A stretch of DNA of 64,000 nt, taken from a virus. The position numbers and the translations under genes were made by a program. The stretch lies in IMG/VR virus record IMGVR_UViG_3300023180_000017; one strand, 5' to 3'. A model generated the notes under the pieces. It worked only from the letters and a program-made list of their open reading frames with translations, was not told the origin of the DNA and searched no databases. Below, piece by piece: positions 45,929-55,457 of the stretch; within the stretch, counting starts at the first letter, position 1; each line of letters opens with the position of its first letter.

Positions 45929-47440
45929 ATGGCAGATCAGAGTAAAAGAATGGAAATGTTAGTGAGGCAGGGTTTAATGCCCGCTCAGAAACTTCCTATT
46001 CTTAAAAAAGCAATTGCTAGAGTAAAGATGGGTGGTGCATTACTACCCAACGAAAGAGAAGTTATCAAAGATTATATGGACAAATTAATGTTCATAGTCT
46101 TTGGTGACGATACTGTTTTTAATAGAGCAAAGCAACATACTCAGAGAGCTAGATATCAAACAGAGGAGCAAATCGTGAATCAACTAGATGAGAGGGTGGT
46201 TGACGGTGTAGAAATCGTTGACGGTGAAGAGCAGAGAATTAAAGACGAAAAGAGAGCCCAAAAATTGGGAAGGAAAAGTAAGTCTGAGAAAATGAAAAGC
46301 TTTGCCAAGTCCCTCAGAAAAGAAAAAGAAAAACAGGAAGTAGATGAAAGCATCATTAAGATGAATGAAGACTACAAAGAAAAATTTAACGCAGCACTTA
46401 AGAAGTTTGGAGTGTCTAGTATTAGAGACTTGCCTGCAGATAAGAAAAAGAAATTTTTTAATACTGTAGACAATATGCACGTTTCTGATGATGAGAAAAA
46501 GGGCGTTGATGAGTCTACAGGTGGCGCTATGTCTAAAGACAAAGAGTCTCATGATACAGGCGGTTTTAGAATTCCTAACAAAGATGCAAATGCAGCTAGA
46601 GATAGATTAAAAAATAAGAACAAAGAAAAGTTTCCTGGTGTACAGGGAGAAAGTGTAGAAGAAGCTAAAATGATTCCTGGCTTCATGGGAGCAGATGGTA
46701 AGCCTACTTCTAAGCCTACAGCAAAAGACTTTGCAGCTAATAAAGAATATCAACATATGAAAAAGAAACTAGGAGATAGAATTCCTGGTCCTAAACCTAC
46801 TAAAGAAGAAGTAGAAGAAAATCAGTTAGATGAATATATTACAGCCAAGCAAATTAGAATGGCTAAAGGCATTGCTAACGATCCTAGACATAAAGGTGGA
46901 GACTACACCGGTGCCGCTAAGAAAATGGAAAAGATCAAGAAAGGACTTTCCAATCATCCAGCTGCCAAGAAGGCTTTAAGACAAGCAAATGAGTCTATGA
47001 CACCTAACAGTCATGGTTGGAATATCCAACAGCATGCAGGTGAGCTTGCTAAAAAGGATGGTCATGACATTAAAAAATTACCATATGGTCATGCTCAAGG
47101 ATACAGAGATAAAGCTAAGAAGGCTTTAGAGAGGAATGAAGAAATGACACCTGAGCAAAAAGCTAAGCGTTTAGAACTTATTAGATTAGCTGCACAGAAA
47201 TTAAAAGCTAAAGATGCAGATGCGGAGAAAAGAGCAGCTGCGGCAGCTAAAAGAGACATGAGCAGGCCAGGCGCACAAAAAGGTATGGCACCTGTTAAAA
47301 AAGAAGAAACATATTTGGATATTAATACGCTAAGAGAGTATATTAAACACTCTGATTTATCAAAAGAGAAAATCCAAAATATGACTCGCTCAGAAGCATA
47401 CAAATTACTCAATCAAATTATTAAAAGCAAAGGAGAATAA
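45929..47440 (+). CDS. Lys-rich modular putative internal head polyprotein
   Basis: Basic modules separated by LDE/VDE/MNE/VEE sites; late promoter. Confidence 0.55.
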   Translation: MADQSKRMEMLVRQGLMPAQKLPILKKAIARVKMGGALLPNEREVIKDYMDKLMFIVFGDDTVFNRAKQHTQRARYQTEEQIVNQLDERVVDGVEIVDGEEQRIKDEKRAQKLGRKSKSEKMKSFAKSLRKEKEKQEVDESIIKMNEDYKEKFNAALKKFGVSSIRDLPADKKKKFFNTVDNMHVSDDEKKGVDESTGGAMSKDKESHDTGGFRIPNKDANAARDRLKNKNKEKFPGVQGESVEEAKMIPGFMGADGKPTSKPTAKDFAANKEYQHMKKKLGDRIPGPKPTKEEVEENQLDEYITAKQIRMAKGIANDPRHKGGDYTGAAKKMEKIKKGLSNHPAAKKALRQANESMTPNSHGWNIQQHAGELAKKDGHDIKKLPYGHAQGYRDKAKKALERNEEMTPEQKAKRLELIRLAAQKLKAKDADAEKRAAAAAKRDMSRPGAQKGMAPVKKEETYLDINTLREYIKHSDLSKEKIQNMTRSEAYKLLNQIIKSKGE

Positions 47441-47442
47441 AA

Positions 47443-47691
47443 ATGTCCGCATGGAGTAAAACCGTAAAACCTGTTATTACAGGTATTGATGCCGCCGATA
47501 TCTTTATGGTAGACGAAGCAGAAGTTGCAGCCACACCTGGTATTGCACAGCCTGGTTGGGTCTACAAAAAAGACTTAGGCAATGGTAGATTCATTTATGA
47601 GACGTTAGTGGCTATGGCTGATCCTTTCACCGATACCGAATATGAAGCGGCCGGTGGAGCAGACGACGACGCTGACTTCCCAGACGCCTAA
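47443..47691 (+). CDS. Small acidic putative virion protein
   Basis: RBS AGGAG; QPGWV...ETLVAM. Confidence 0.6.
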   Translation: MSAWSKTVKPVITGIDAADIFMVDEAEVAATPGIAQPGWVYKKDLGNGRFIYETLVAMADPFTDTEYEAAGGADDDADFPDA

Positions 47692-47718
47692 TAAATACTT
47701 TTAACTTAGGAGTATTTA

Positions 47719-48159
47719 ATGGCAGATTCTAAATTATCAGAATTAACGGCAGCTACATCAGCTGCCGGTGCTGATACGCTTTATCTTGTACAAGGTAGCA
47801 CAAGTAAAAAACTTACTGTTGCTAATTTGTTTGCAGATGTTTCTACGTCTGTAACATTTAATGATAAAATTCGTATCGGAGATAGTGAAACCAAAACAGC
47901 TAGAGGCGAAATTAGTAGCTTGTACAACATAACATATCTTAGTGATATTGATAGTGCAGGTAATATGACAATGGCTACTGGCGTTGATGGACAAATTAAA
48001 ATTATCGTTATGGTCTCTAACTTAGGGGGACACACAATTACACTTCAGGGTGCTACACTGGCTAACGATATAGCATTTTCATCTGTAGGACACTCTGTAA
48101 CCCTACTATATAATAATAGCAAGTGGTACGTTATAGGAGGTACTGCTACTGTTTCTTAG
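47719..48159 (+). CDS. Putative virion structural/fibre-associated protein
   Basis: MADSKLSELTAATS start, beta-rich, WYVIGG end. Confidence 0.6.
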   Translation: MADSKLSELTAATSAAGADTLYLVQGSTSKKLTVANLFADVSTSVTFNDKIRIGDSETKTARGEISSLYNITYLSDIDSAGNMTMATGVDGQIKIIVMVSNLGGHTITLQGATLANDIAFSSVGHSVTLLYNNSKWYVIGGTATVS

Positions 48160-48172
48160 GGTTTAATATAAA

Positions 48173-48550
48173 ATGATCGAATTGAATGAAAATAACTTTT
48201 TATTATATGCAGCAAAACATTATAGCAATCCTGGCTGCATGGGTATCTCAGAACTTGAAGATGATTTAAAAAGATTTAAGTATATAAAACGTCTTTTAAA
48301 TCGCTACAGGAAAACAGGAGAAGTAAACGAAAGATTAGTTATTAATCATTTGGTTGTTTTATATAATGTGTTTGGTAGAGGTGCTACTGATATGTTATTT
48401 TATAAATTAGAGCAAGAATATTGGTCTGATTTAAAAACATATCTAGTATTCTTACAACGAATGCCTTTGGAGACTGTAGTTTCTAAGGGAATAAGAGAAA
48501 CGGATATTCCTCTAAATGAGGATTTAATTAAGGTACTGAGAAAAATTTAA
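48173..48550 (+). CDS. Conserved T4-like hypothetical protein
   Basis: LYAAKHYSNP, DLKRFKYIKRLL, NHLVVLYNVFG. Confidence 0.75.
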   Translation: MIELNENNFLLYAAKHYSNPGCMGISELEDDLKRFKYIKRLLNRYRKTGEVNERLVINHLVVLYNVFGRGATDMLFYKLEQEYWSDLKTYLVFLQRMPLETVVSKGIRETDIPLNEDLIKVLRKI

Positions 48551-49074
48551 TGTCTAGATTTGTTGATACATTAGTTGCGTATAGAATTTTAAAAATGCTT
48601 GCAACACCTATTGAACAGTCTGATGCTTTCAGAATGGGTATCATTGACAAGGATGGCAAGAAGATAAAAAATCCTCAGACAACACAGGAGTTAGATGCAT
48701 ATTCGTTTTTAAATAGATTTGTATTTAAAGTGCAAAGAGCTTTGGTAAAATCACCTGACAGAAATGCTAAAAGACTATTGACATTTGCTGCCGCTCTTGC
48801 TATACTTAGAGAGTACAAAGAAGAAGATGATGACTTTGATATTGAGACACTATTAGAAGTTTATGAACAAGATTCTAATGTTGCGATGGAAGCCAAATTA
48901 TTAGAACAAAATTTAGTATCATTTAAGAATTTTAATATGGAAGAAGTTGCAGCTAATGCCGTAGGTGGAGGAGCAATCCACGGAATAGGCATAGGTCCTA
49001 AAGGAGAACCTGGAAGAGATCCTGTACTTCAACCGATGATACGAAGACGGAAGAAGAAAAATGGCATCCGTTAA
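48550..49074 (+). CDS. Conserved T4-like hypothetical protein
   Basis: AYRILKMLATP..AFRMGIIDKDG; SFKNFNMEE. Confidence 0.7.
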   Translation: MSRFVDTLVAYRILKMLATPIEQSDAFRMGIIDKDGKKIKNPQTTQELDAYSFLNRFVFKVQRALVKSPDRNAKRLLTFAAALAILREYKEEDDDFDIETLLEVYEQDSNVAMEAKLLEQNLVSFKNFNMEEVAANAVGGGAIHGIGIGPKGEPGRDPVLQPMIRRRKKKNGIR

Positions 49075-49534
49075 ATCTTTAGAAACAGAAGTAGCTCTGG
49101 TTAAAAACGATGTTGCTCAAATGAGCGCGTTGTTTACAAAATTAGAAATTACTTTAGATAAGATTACAGATGTATCAAATAACGTAAGCCAAATTTTAGC
49201 TGTACATGCTTCTAGGCTTTCAACAGCAGAAGAGGAAACAGAGCACTTGCAGAGTCAGATAGAGGAACATAGGAAAGAACACCAAACCGATATCAGAGAA
49301 CTGCATTCTCGTTTAACTACTTCATCAAGGGAAATCAGAGAAGAAATGGGTAAAGATATCGACAAGGTATTATCAAGTATCGAGAATCTAAGACAGGACA
49401 TTAAGGACAAATCCAAAGAGCAGGATCAAAGAATTGCTAGTCTAGAAAAGTGGCGTTGGATTATTGTTGGCGGTCTTGTCCTTATGGGCGGATTAGCACC
49501 ATTTCTTTTAGAAATGGTATTTCATAGCACTTGA
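49061..49534 (+). CDS. Coiled-coil protein with C-terminal TM anchor
   Basis: Heptads then LEKWRWIIVGG TM. Confidence 0.65.
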   Translation: MASVKSLETEVALVKNDVAQMSALFTKLEITLDKITDVSNNVSQILAVHASRLSTAEEETEHLQSQIEEHRKEHQTDIRELHSRLTTSSREIREEMGKDIDKVLSSIENLRQDIKDKSKEQDQRIASLEKWRWIIVGGLVLMGGLAPFLLEMVFHST

Positions 49535-49559
49535 CAAACTAAGAACACTATCTTATAAT
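49531..49559 (+). promoter_or_regulatory. sigma70-type promoter (YGGTM class) for primase
   Basis: TTGACA-17-TATAAT; TGGTA at 49515. Confidence 0.8.
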
Positions 49560-49591
49560 AAGCACATAGAAATTTTCTACGTGCTTTTTTT
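49560..49591 (+). terminator. Probable intrinsic terminator ending the late block
   Basis: AAGCAC.TAGAA-ATT-TTCTA.GTGCTT followed by a T run. Confidence 0.6.
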
Positions 49592-50611
49592 ATGTCTTTA
49601 TACGTCGATTTAAAATATATTAATATGGTTGCCTTTCGCTTAGAACGTTACAAGCGAAAGGATCAGTATCTTTTCAACTTCAGATGTCCTATCTGTGGTG
49701 ATAGTTCCACAAAGAAAAACAAAGCACGCGGATACCTGTACAAGGTTAAGAATGACATGTTCTATAAATGTCATAACTGTGGTGCGGGTAAAACTTTCGG
49801 AGGTCTCCTAGAATTGTTAGACGGAGAGCTACATAAACAATACACACTTGAAAGATATTCAGAAGGTATTGCGGGTAATCGGGCGAATAAAACTCCTGAC
49901 TTTAACCTCACTTTTAAGGAGCCTAAAGTTCGCCCAAAAACCCTATTAGATGAATTAATGGATAGACTAGATACATTACCAGAAGATCATGAAGTTATCC
50001 AATATGTTAAATCGAGAGCTATTCCAGAACATACATATAATAGGTTATATTTTTTAGACGACATACGAAAAGCAGCACAATTAAATACTAAATACACTAG
50101 CAGTCTAACTGTAGCTCAACCGAGACTTATATTGCCCTTTATTAATAGTCAAGGTAAATTAACAGGTATGGCAATGCGAGGTATAAGGGGCGAAAACTTA
50201 AGATATATAAATTTAAAGATAGATGAGGATGCTCCTACTATCTTTGGTATGGAAGATATTGATGATAGTAAAACTGTCATGGTAGTTGAAGGACCTATTG
50301 ATAGTCTCTTTTTGGATAACTCTATCGCTGCTAGTGGATCAGCATTTAACAGAGTTTCTGATTTGGGATTAAAGGATTACACGATTATATTTGATAATCA
50401 GCCACGTAATCTAGAGATCTGTAGGTTAATAGAAAAATCAATTAATGCAGGTGAAAACGTTTGTCTTTGGCCTGATACAATAGAGGAAAAGGACATAAAC
50501 GATATGGTATTATCTGGTTTGACAATAGCAGAAATAACCTCTATAATAAGTAAAAATACATTCTCAGGTTTGAGAGCAAAATTAAATTTCACACAATGGA
50601 GAAAATGTTAA
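49592..50611 (+). CDS. 61: DNA primase gp61
   Basis: RCPICGDS, CHNCG, VEGPIDSLF TOPRIM, KDINDM. Confidence 0.93.
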   Translation: MSLYVDLKYINMVAFRLERYKRKDQYLFNFRCPICGDSSTKKNKARGYLYKVKNDMFYKCHNCGAGKTFGGLLELLDGELHKQYTLERYSEGIAGNRANKTPDFNLTFKEPKVRPKTLLDELMDRLDTLPEDHEVIQYVKSRAIPEHTYNRLYFLDDIRKAAQLNTKYTSSLTVAQPRLILPFINSQGKLTGMAMRGIRGENLRYINLKIDEDAPTIFGMEDIDDSKTVMVVEGPIDSLFLDNSIAASGSAFNRVSDLGLKDYTIIFDNQPRNLEICRLIEKSINAGENVCLWPDTIEEKDINDMVLSGLTIAEITSIISKNTFSGLRAKLNFTQWRKC

Positions 50612-51303
50612 TGAATGTGAATTTAGTAGGGATCACACAACCTTCAGCGGCAACGGGTTGTCATAGTGCTAATGAACTTATTTCTTACGCCGCCCGTGTA
50701 AGTAACCCTGGCAATCAAAACAATGCTGAAACGTCACCTAAATTGCTAAAATACCTAATCAAAAATGCTCATTGGAGCCCTTTTGAGATGGTTTCTGTCA
50801 CCATGGAGATTAAGACTACCCGAGACATTAGTAGACAGATTATTAGGCACCGTAGCTTTAGTTTTCAGGAGTTTAGTCAAAGATATGCTGAATCAACTAA
50901 TTTTATAAATCGCGAAGCTAGACTACAAGATAAAAAGAATAGGCAAAACAGTATTGATTTAGACTTGCCTGAGGACTTTGGAAAAGGTGGTAATAAAACT
51001 CAACATGAGCGTCTTTACGAAGAATGGAATATGAGGCAAAGGGAAGTTATTAATAAATCACAGGAAGTTTATAAGTGGGCATTGGATAACGGCATTGCTA
51101 AAGAACAGGCTCGTGCAGTATTGCCTGAAGGTAATACGGAAACCACATTATATATGGCAGGAAATTTGCGTTCCTGGATTCATTATTGTATGTTAAGAAC
51201 AGAACAAGGAACACAAAAGGAGCATCGTCTGGTAGCTCAAAAATGCTGGGACATTTTATCTCAACACTTTCCAGATGTAGCAAAGGCAGTTAATGAACTC
51301 TAA
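50611..51303 (+). CDS. thyX: Flavin-dependent thymidylate synthase
   Basis: HWSPFE, RHRSFSFQEFSQRY, ARAVLP; start may be 50596. Confidence 0.95.
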   Translation: MNVNLVGITQPSAATGCHSANELISYAARVSNPGNQNNAETSPKLLKYLIKNAHWSPFEMVSVTMEIKTTRDISRQIIRHRSFSFQEFSQRYAESTNFINREARLQDKKNRQNSIDLDLPEDFGKGGNKTQHERLYEEWNMRQREVINKSQEVYKWALDNGIAKEQARAVLPEGNTETTLYMAGNLRSWIHYCMLRTEQGTQKEHRLVAQKCWDILSQHFPDVAKAVNEL

Positions 51304-52369
51304 AATTTTTGTTGCCCTAGCTAGTTATAGGGATCCTCTTCTAACGTTTACAATTAAAACGGCATACGCTAATGCTGCTGAGCCAGATAATCTTGTCTTT
51401 GGTGTGGTTGAACAAGCCATGCCAGGAGAAGCCTTAGACTTAAAGCATCCGTTTTTTAAAAAATTATTAGACAACAATCAATTAAAATATGAATTGATAT
51501 CACCCTTTGAAACACAGGGTTGTTGTTGGGCTAGAGCAAAAACACAGGAAATGTATAATGGCGAAGAGTTTTATTCTCAGTTTGATTCTCATACAGGGTT
51601 TGAAGATAACTGGGATTTAATATATATTAATAACCTTCGTCATTTATTATTATTTCACGAAAGGCCTTTGATAACTTGCTATCCTCCTGGTATGGTAGCA
51701 GAGGACCATGATATATGGAACAATCCTATTAAATACGAATCATCTAAACCTAGAAATTTAAGAACAGGTATGTATTCAATGAATGCACTTACAGTAGGTG
51801 GAGAGAGCGATATTTGGGACGGTGGAAGTAACATAGGTAAACCTCAGATAGAGTTTGAAGAAAAACCAGACCATTATAAATTTTCAACACAGGGAAGATG
51901 GTACGAAAGTAAATTTCCATTTATCAAAGGATTTTTGTTTAGTGCAAATACAGTTTTTACTATAGGTAAATGGTGTAAGGAAGTTCCTTATGATGGGAAG
52001 TTATTGTTTATAGGTGAGGAACCAAGTTTAGCATTGAGGTCCTGGACCAATGGTTACGACATATTTCACATGTCAGGAAATCCCTCAAGGCATTATTATC
52101 CAAGGGATTACAGATTTTGTTATTGGGACAGTGATGTTGACTCGCAACGAGAGCCTGAAATAGATAGAGAAACAATGGACAAACAGTCTAATGAAAGACA
52201 AAAAGAATTATATACTGGCAAGTTAAAGGGAATCTATGGTGTGGGAAAAGTTAGATCTATAGAAGATTATAAAGACTTTTGTGGCATAGATTATAAGAAC
52301 AAGCATTTTGAGATACGTTCCTATACAGGTGAGGGCGTTCTTGATCAAGACTACAGAGAGAAAACATAA
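51293..52369 (+). CDS. GlcNAc-transferase, GT60/Skp1 GlcNAcT-like
   Basis: IFVALASYRDP, GCCWAR, QFDSH, FIGEE..LALRSWTNGYDIF. Confidence 0.75.
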   Translation: MNSKIFVALASYRDPLLTFTIKTAYANAAEPDNLVFGVVEQAMPGEALDLKHPFFKKLLDNNQLKYELISPFETQGCCWARAKTQEMYNGEEFYSQFDSHTGFEDNWDLIYINNLRHLLLFHERPLITCYPPGMVAEDHDIWNNPIKYESSKPRNLRTGMYSMNALTVGGESDIWDGGSNIGKPQIEFEEKPDHYKFSTQGRWYESKFPFIKGFLFSANTVFTIGKWCKEVPYDGKLLFIGEEPSLALRSWTNGYDIFHMSGNPSRHYYPRDYRFCYWDSDVDSQREPEIDRETMDKQSNERQKELYTGKLKGIYGVGKVRSIEDYKDFCGIDYKNKHFEIRSYTGEGVLDQDYREKT

Positions 52370-54166
52370 ATGGCAAAAGAGGATTATTTAGGAATACAAA
52401 TAGACACATCGAGAGATGAGTTATTTGATAAGTTAGGGCTCAACCGTCTGCGGGAAAGCTACATGTTAGAGGATGAAACAACCCCACAACAGCGTTTTGC
52501 TTATGTAAGTAAGGCATTTGGTAGCAATGAAGAACACGCACAACGTCTATATGAGTACTCCAGTAAACACTGGCTTTCTTATTCTACTCCTATACTATCC
52601 TTTGGTCGCTCTAAGAAAGGTATGCCTATCTCATGTTTTTTAAATTATATCAATGATACTGCGGAGGGATTAGTTGAGAACTTATCTGAAACAAATTGGC
52701 TTAGCATGTTGGGTGGTGGTGTTGGTATCGGGTTTGGTATCAGATCATCTGATGATAAGTCTACTGGCGTTATGTCTCATCTTAAAACATATGATGCATC
52801 CTGCCTCGCATACCGTCAAGGACGTACTAGACGTGGCAGTTATGCTACTTACCTTGATATTAGTCATCCAGATGTTATAATGTTCCTCGAAATGAGGAAA
52901 CCCACAGGCGATCAAAATGTTCGATGTCTAAACTTACACCACGGTATTAATATATCTGATCGTTTTATGGAGATCATTGAAAGATGTATGACAGATCCTA
53001 CTGCCGATGATGGTTGGAATTTAGTTGATCCACACAGTGGACAAATTCGAGATACCGTATCTGCTAGAGCTCTTTGGCAAAAGATTTTGGAATTGCGAAT
53101 GGAGACAGGAGAACCCTACATACATTTTATTGATACTAGCAACAAATATTTGCCACAGTTTCAAAAGGATTTAAAACTTAAAATTCATCAGTCTAATCTT
53201 TGTTCTGAAATTATTTTACCTACAGACAAGGACAGAACAGCAGTATGTTGTTTATCCTCAGTTAACCTAGAGCATTATGACTCTTGGAGTAAGAACTCTC
53301 AGTTTTTACTTGACGTTGCTGAGATGTTAGACAATGTTTTAGAATTTTTTATTAACAACGCACCAGATGTTGTATCTAGGGCTAAGTTCTCTGCAATGCG
53401 TGAACGTAGCATTGGAGTAGGTGCTTTAGGATTCCACGCCTATTTACAAAAAAATAATATGGCATGGGAAAGCTCAGCAGCAGTAGGTGCTAATATTAGA
53501 ATGTTTAGGCACATTAGGAGTAAATTAGATGAAGCAAACATTGAATTGGGTAGTGGAAGAGGTGAGGCTCCTGACGCGGAGGGCACGGGAAGAAGATTTA
53601 GTCACGTTATGGCTATCGCTCCCAATGCTAGTAGCAGTATTATCATGGGAAACACTTCGCCGTCTATTGAACCTTTTAGAGCGAATGCTTACAGACAGGA
53701 CACGTTATCTGGATCTTATCTCAACAAAAATAAGTATTTGGATTCTCTTATTAAAGACAAGGTTGAAGATAACAAAAAACTTGATTATGACGAAATATGG
53801 TCGTCAATAATTGCCAACGATGGATCTGTACAGCATTTAAATTGTTTAACAGATGAAGAGAAGGCTATATACAAAACAGCAATGGAAATTGATCAGCGCT
53901 GGGTTGTAGAGCATGCCTCCAATAGACAAGTTTATATAGATCAAGCACAGTCCTTAAATTTATTTTTTAGGCCTGACGTACATAAAAAATATTTACACGC
54001 AGTACACTTCCTTGCTTGGAAAAATGAACTTAAAACATTGTACTATTGTCGTTCAGAAAAAGTTGGTAAGGCAGACAAAGTTTCTAAAAGAATAGAAAGA
54101 GAAATTATTAAAGAGATTGATTTAAATCAAATAGCAGATGGTGAATGCCTAGCGTGCGAAGGTTAA
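52370..54166 (+). CDS. nrdA: Ribonucleotide reductase class Ia alpha
   Basis: PISCF, SNLCSEI, APNASS, TLYY, C-terminal CLAC. Confidence 0.95.
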   Translation: MAKEDYLGIQIDTSRDELFDKLGLNRLRESYMLEDETTPQQRFAYVSKAFGSNEEHAQRLYEYSSKHWLSYSTPILSFGRSKKGMPISCFLNYINDTAEGLVENLSETNWLSMLGGGVGIGFGIRSSDDKSTGVMSHLKTYDASCLAYRQGRTRRGSYATYLDISHPDVIMFLEMRKPTGDQNVRCLNLHHGINISDRFMEIIERCMTDPTADDGWNLVDPHSGQIRDTVSARALWQKILELRMETGEPYIHFIDTSNKYLPQFQKDLKLKIHQSNLCSEIILPTDKDRTAVCCLSSVNLEHYDSWSKNSQFLLDVAEMLDNVLEFFINNAPDVVSRAKFSAMRERSIGVGALGFHAYLQKNNMAWESSAAVGANIRMFRHIRSKLDEANIELGSGRGEAPDAEGTGRRFSHVMAIAPNASSSIIMGNTSPSIEPFRANAYRQDTLSGSYLNKNKYLDSLIKDKVEDNKKLDYDEIWSSIIANDGSVQHLNCLTDEEKAIYKTAMEIDQRWVVEHASNRQVYIDQAQSLNLFFRPDVHKKYLHAVHFLAWKNELKTLYYCRSEKVGKADKVSKRIEREIIKEIDLNQIADGECLACEG

Positions 54167-54170
54167 TAGT

Positions 54171-54815
54171 ATGCAAGATATTGTTTGGGATGATATAAAA
54201 AAATATATACCTGAAGAAAATAAAAGAGTTGGCGTAATGGTTTCCGGTGGATGGGACAGCGCTTGTTTATGGTATATGGTTAAAAAAATATGTACTGAAA
54301 GGGGAATGAGTTGTGAACCTTTTGTTGTCCCTAAATTAGATGGTGCTTTAGTAGCAAGTCAGAATGTTATAAAAACACTTAGCAAAAAACTAGGGGTAAG
54401 TTATCAAGAGCCCACAGTTGTAGGAAAAGAATTGTCCAATAATCCTTGGGATTATGTAACTAATGGTGCTTGGGATATATTTGGAGAGACGGCGGACGAC
54501 AGGTTAGTGGACTTTTTGTTTGTCGGCATGACGGCCTTTGATGATGAAGTACATCAAAGACATGAAAAAGAGGATCCACATCCCAGGTTTGAACCTGAAG
54601 AATGGATGAGAGAATTTGTCGCTTGGCCTTTTGAAAACCACACTAAAGATAAAACTATTAAGTTGGGATTTGACATTGGCATTGCAGACGTTATTATGCC
54701 AATTACACATAGTTGCACAGAACTACAAGAAGGTAGATGTAATAAATGTTATTGGTGTACAGAAAGACAATGGGCATTTGAAAAGGCAGGGTACTTAGAC
54801 ACAGGAACAAATTAA
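54171..54815 (+). CDS. QueC-like PP-loop ATPase 1
   Basis: SGGWDS, PF, THSC-x7-CNKCYWCTER. Confidence 0.7.
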   Translation: MQDIVWDDIKKYIPEENKRVGVMVSGGWDSACLWYMVKKICTERGMSCEPFVVPKLDGALVASQNVIKTLSKKLGVSYQEPTVVGKELSNNPWDYVTNGAWDIFGETADDRLVDFLFVGMTAFDDEVHQRHEKEDPHPRFEPEEWMREFVAWPFENHTKDKTIKLGFDIGIADVIMPITHSCTELQEGRCNKCYWCTERQWAFEKAGYLDTGTN

Positions 54816-55447
54816 TGGAAATAGATTTCCCTAAAGATAAAAGAATAGGTGTTATGGTATCAGGTGGTATTGATAGCACAATACTTTACTACTTGGTAGC
54901 TAAAAAATGTCAAGAAAGAGGACAAACATTAATACCTCTTACTGCACCTAAACCAGATGGTTCTGCAGACAGAGCTAACAAAATGGTTAAATGGATGCAC
55001 GATAGATATGGATTTGCTCCTACAGAAAATGTCATTGTAGGTGAATATTTTGAGACTGATGAAAGCGATGTGTTATGTGTTGCTAGAGGTGTACAAAGTT
55101 TGTTTGACGGGCATCTAGTTGATATTGTAATGACAGGAGAAAACCCATATGACTTTAATGCTTTTAACATAGATCCTTTGTTTTTTCCTACAAAACCTAG
55201 GACCTTTGAATTGTATGATGGGTTTGAACAAAAAACAGGAGGGAAATTAATAGGAATATGTCCCTTCAGAAATTTATATAAAGACGATATTTTACAAATC
55301 GTCAAAGATCAAAAGGACTATTGGCTCAAAAATTTTATTCTAGATGAGACTTGGAGTTGTGTTACTCCTAATGTAACAGAACCTTGTAATATATGTTTTT
55401 GGTGTGTGGAACGTCATTGGGCAATAGAAAAGGTATTTAAAAATTAA
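54815..55447 (+). CDS. QueC-like PP-loop ATPase 2
   Basis: SGGIDS, PF, TWSC-x8-CNICFWCVER. Confidence 0.7.
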   Translation: MEIDFPKDKRIGVMVSGGIDSTILYYLVAKKCQERGQTLIPLTAPKPDGSADRANKMVKWMHDRYGFAPTENVIVGEYFETDESDVLCVARGVQSLFDGHLVDIVMTGENPYDFNAFNIDPLFFPTKPRTFELYDGFEQKTGGKLIGICPFRNLYKDDILQIVKDQKDYWLKNFILDETWSCVTPNVTEPCNICFWCVERHWAIEKVFKN

Positions 55448-55457
55448 GAGAAGAATA

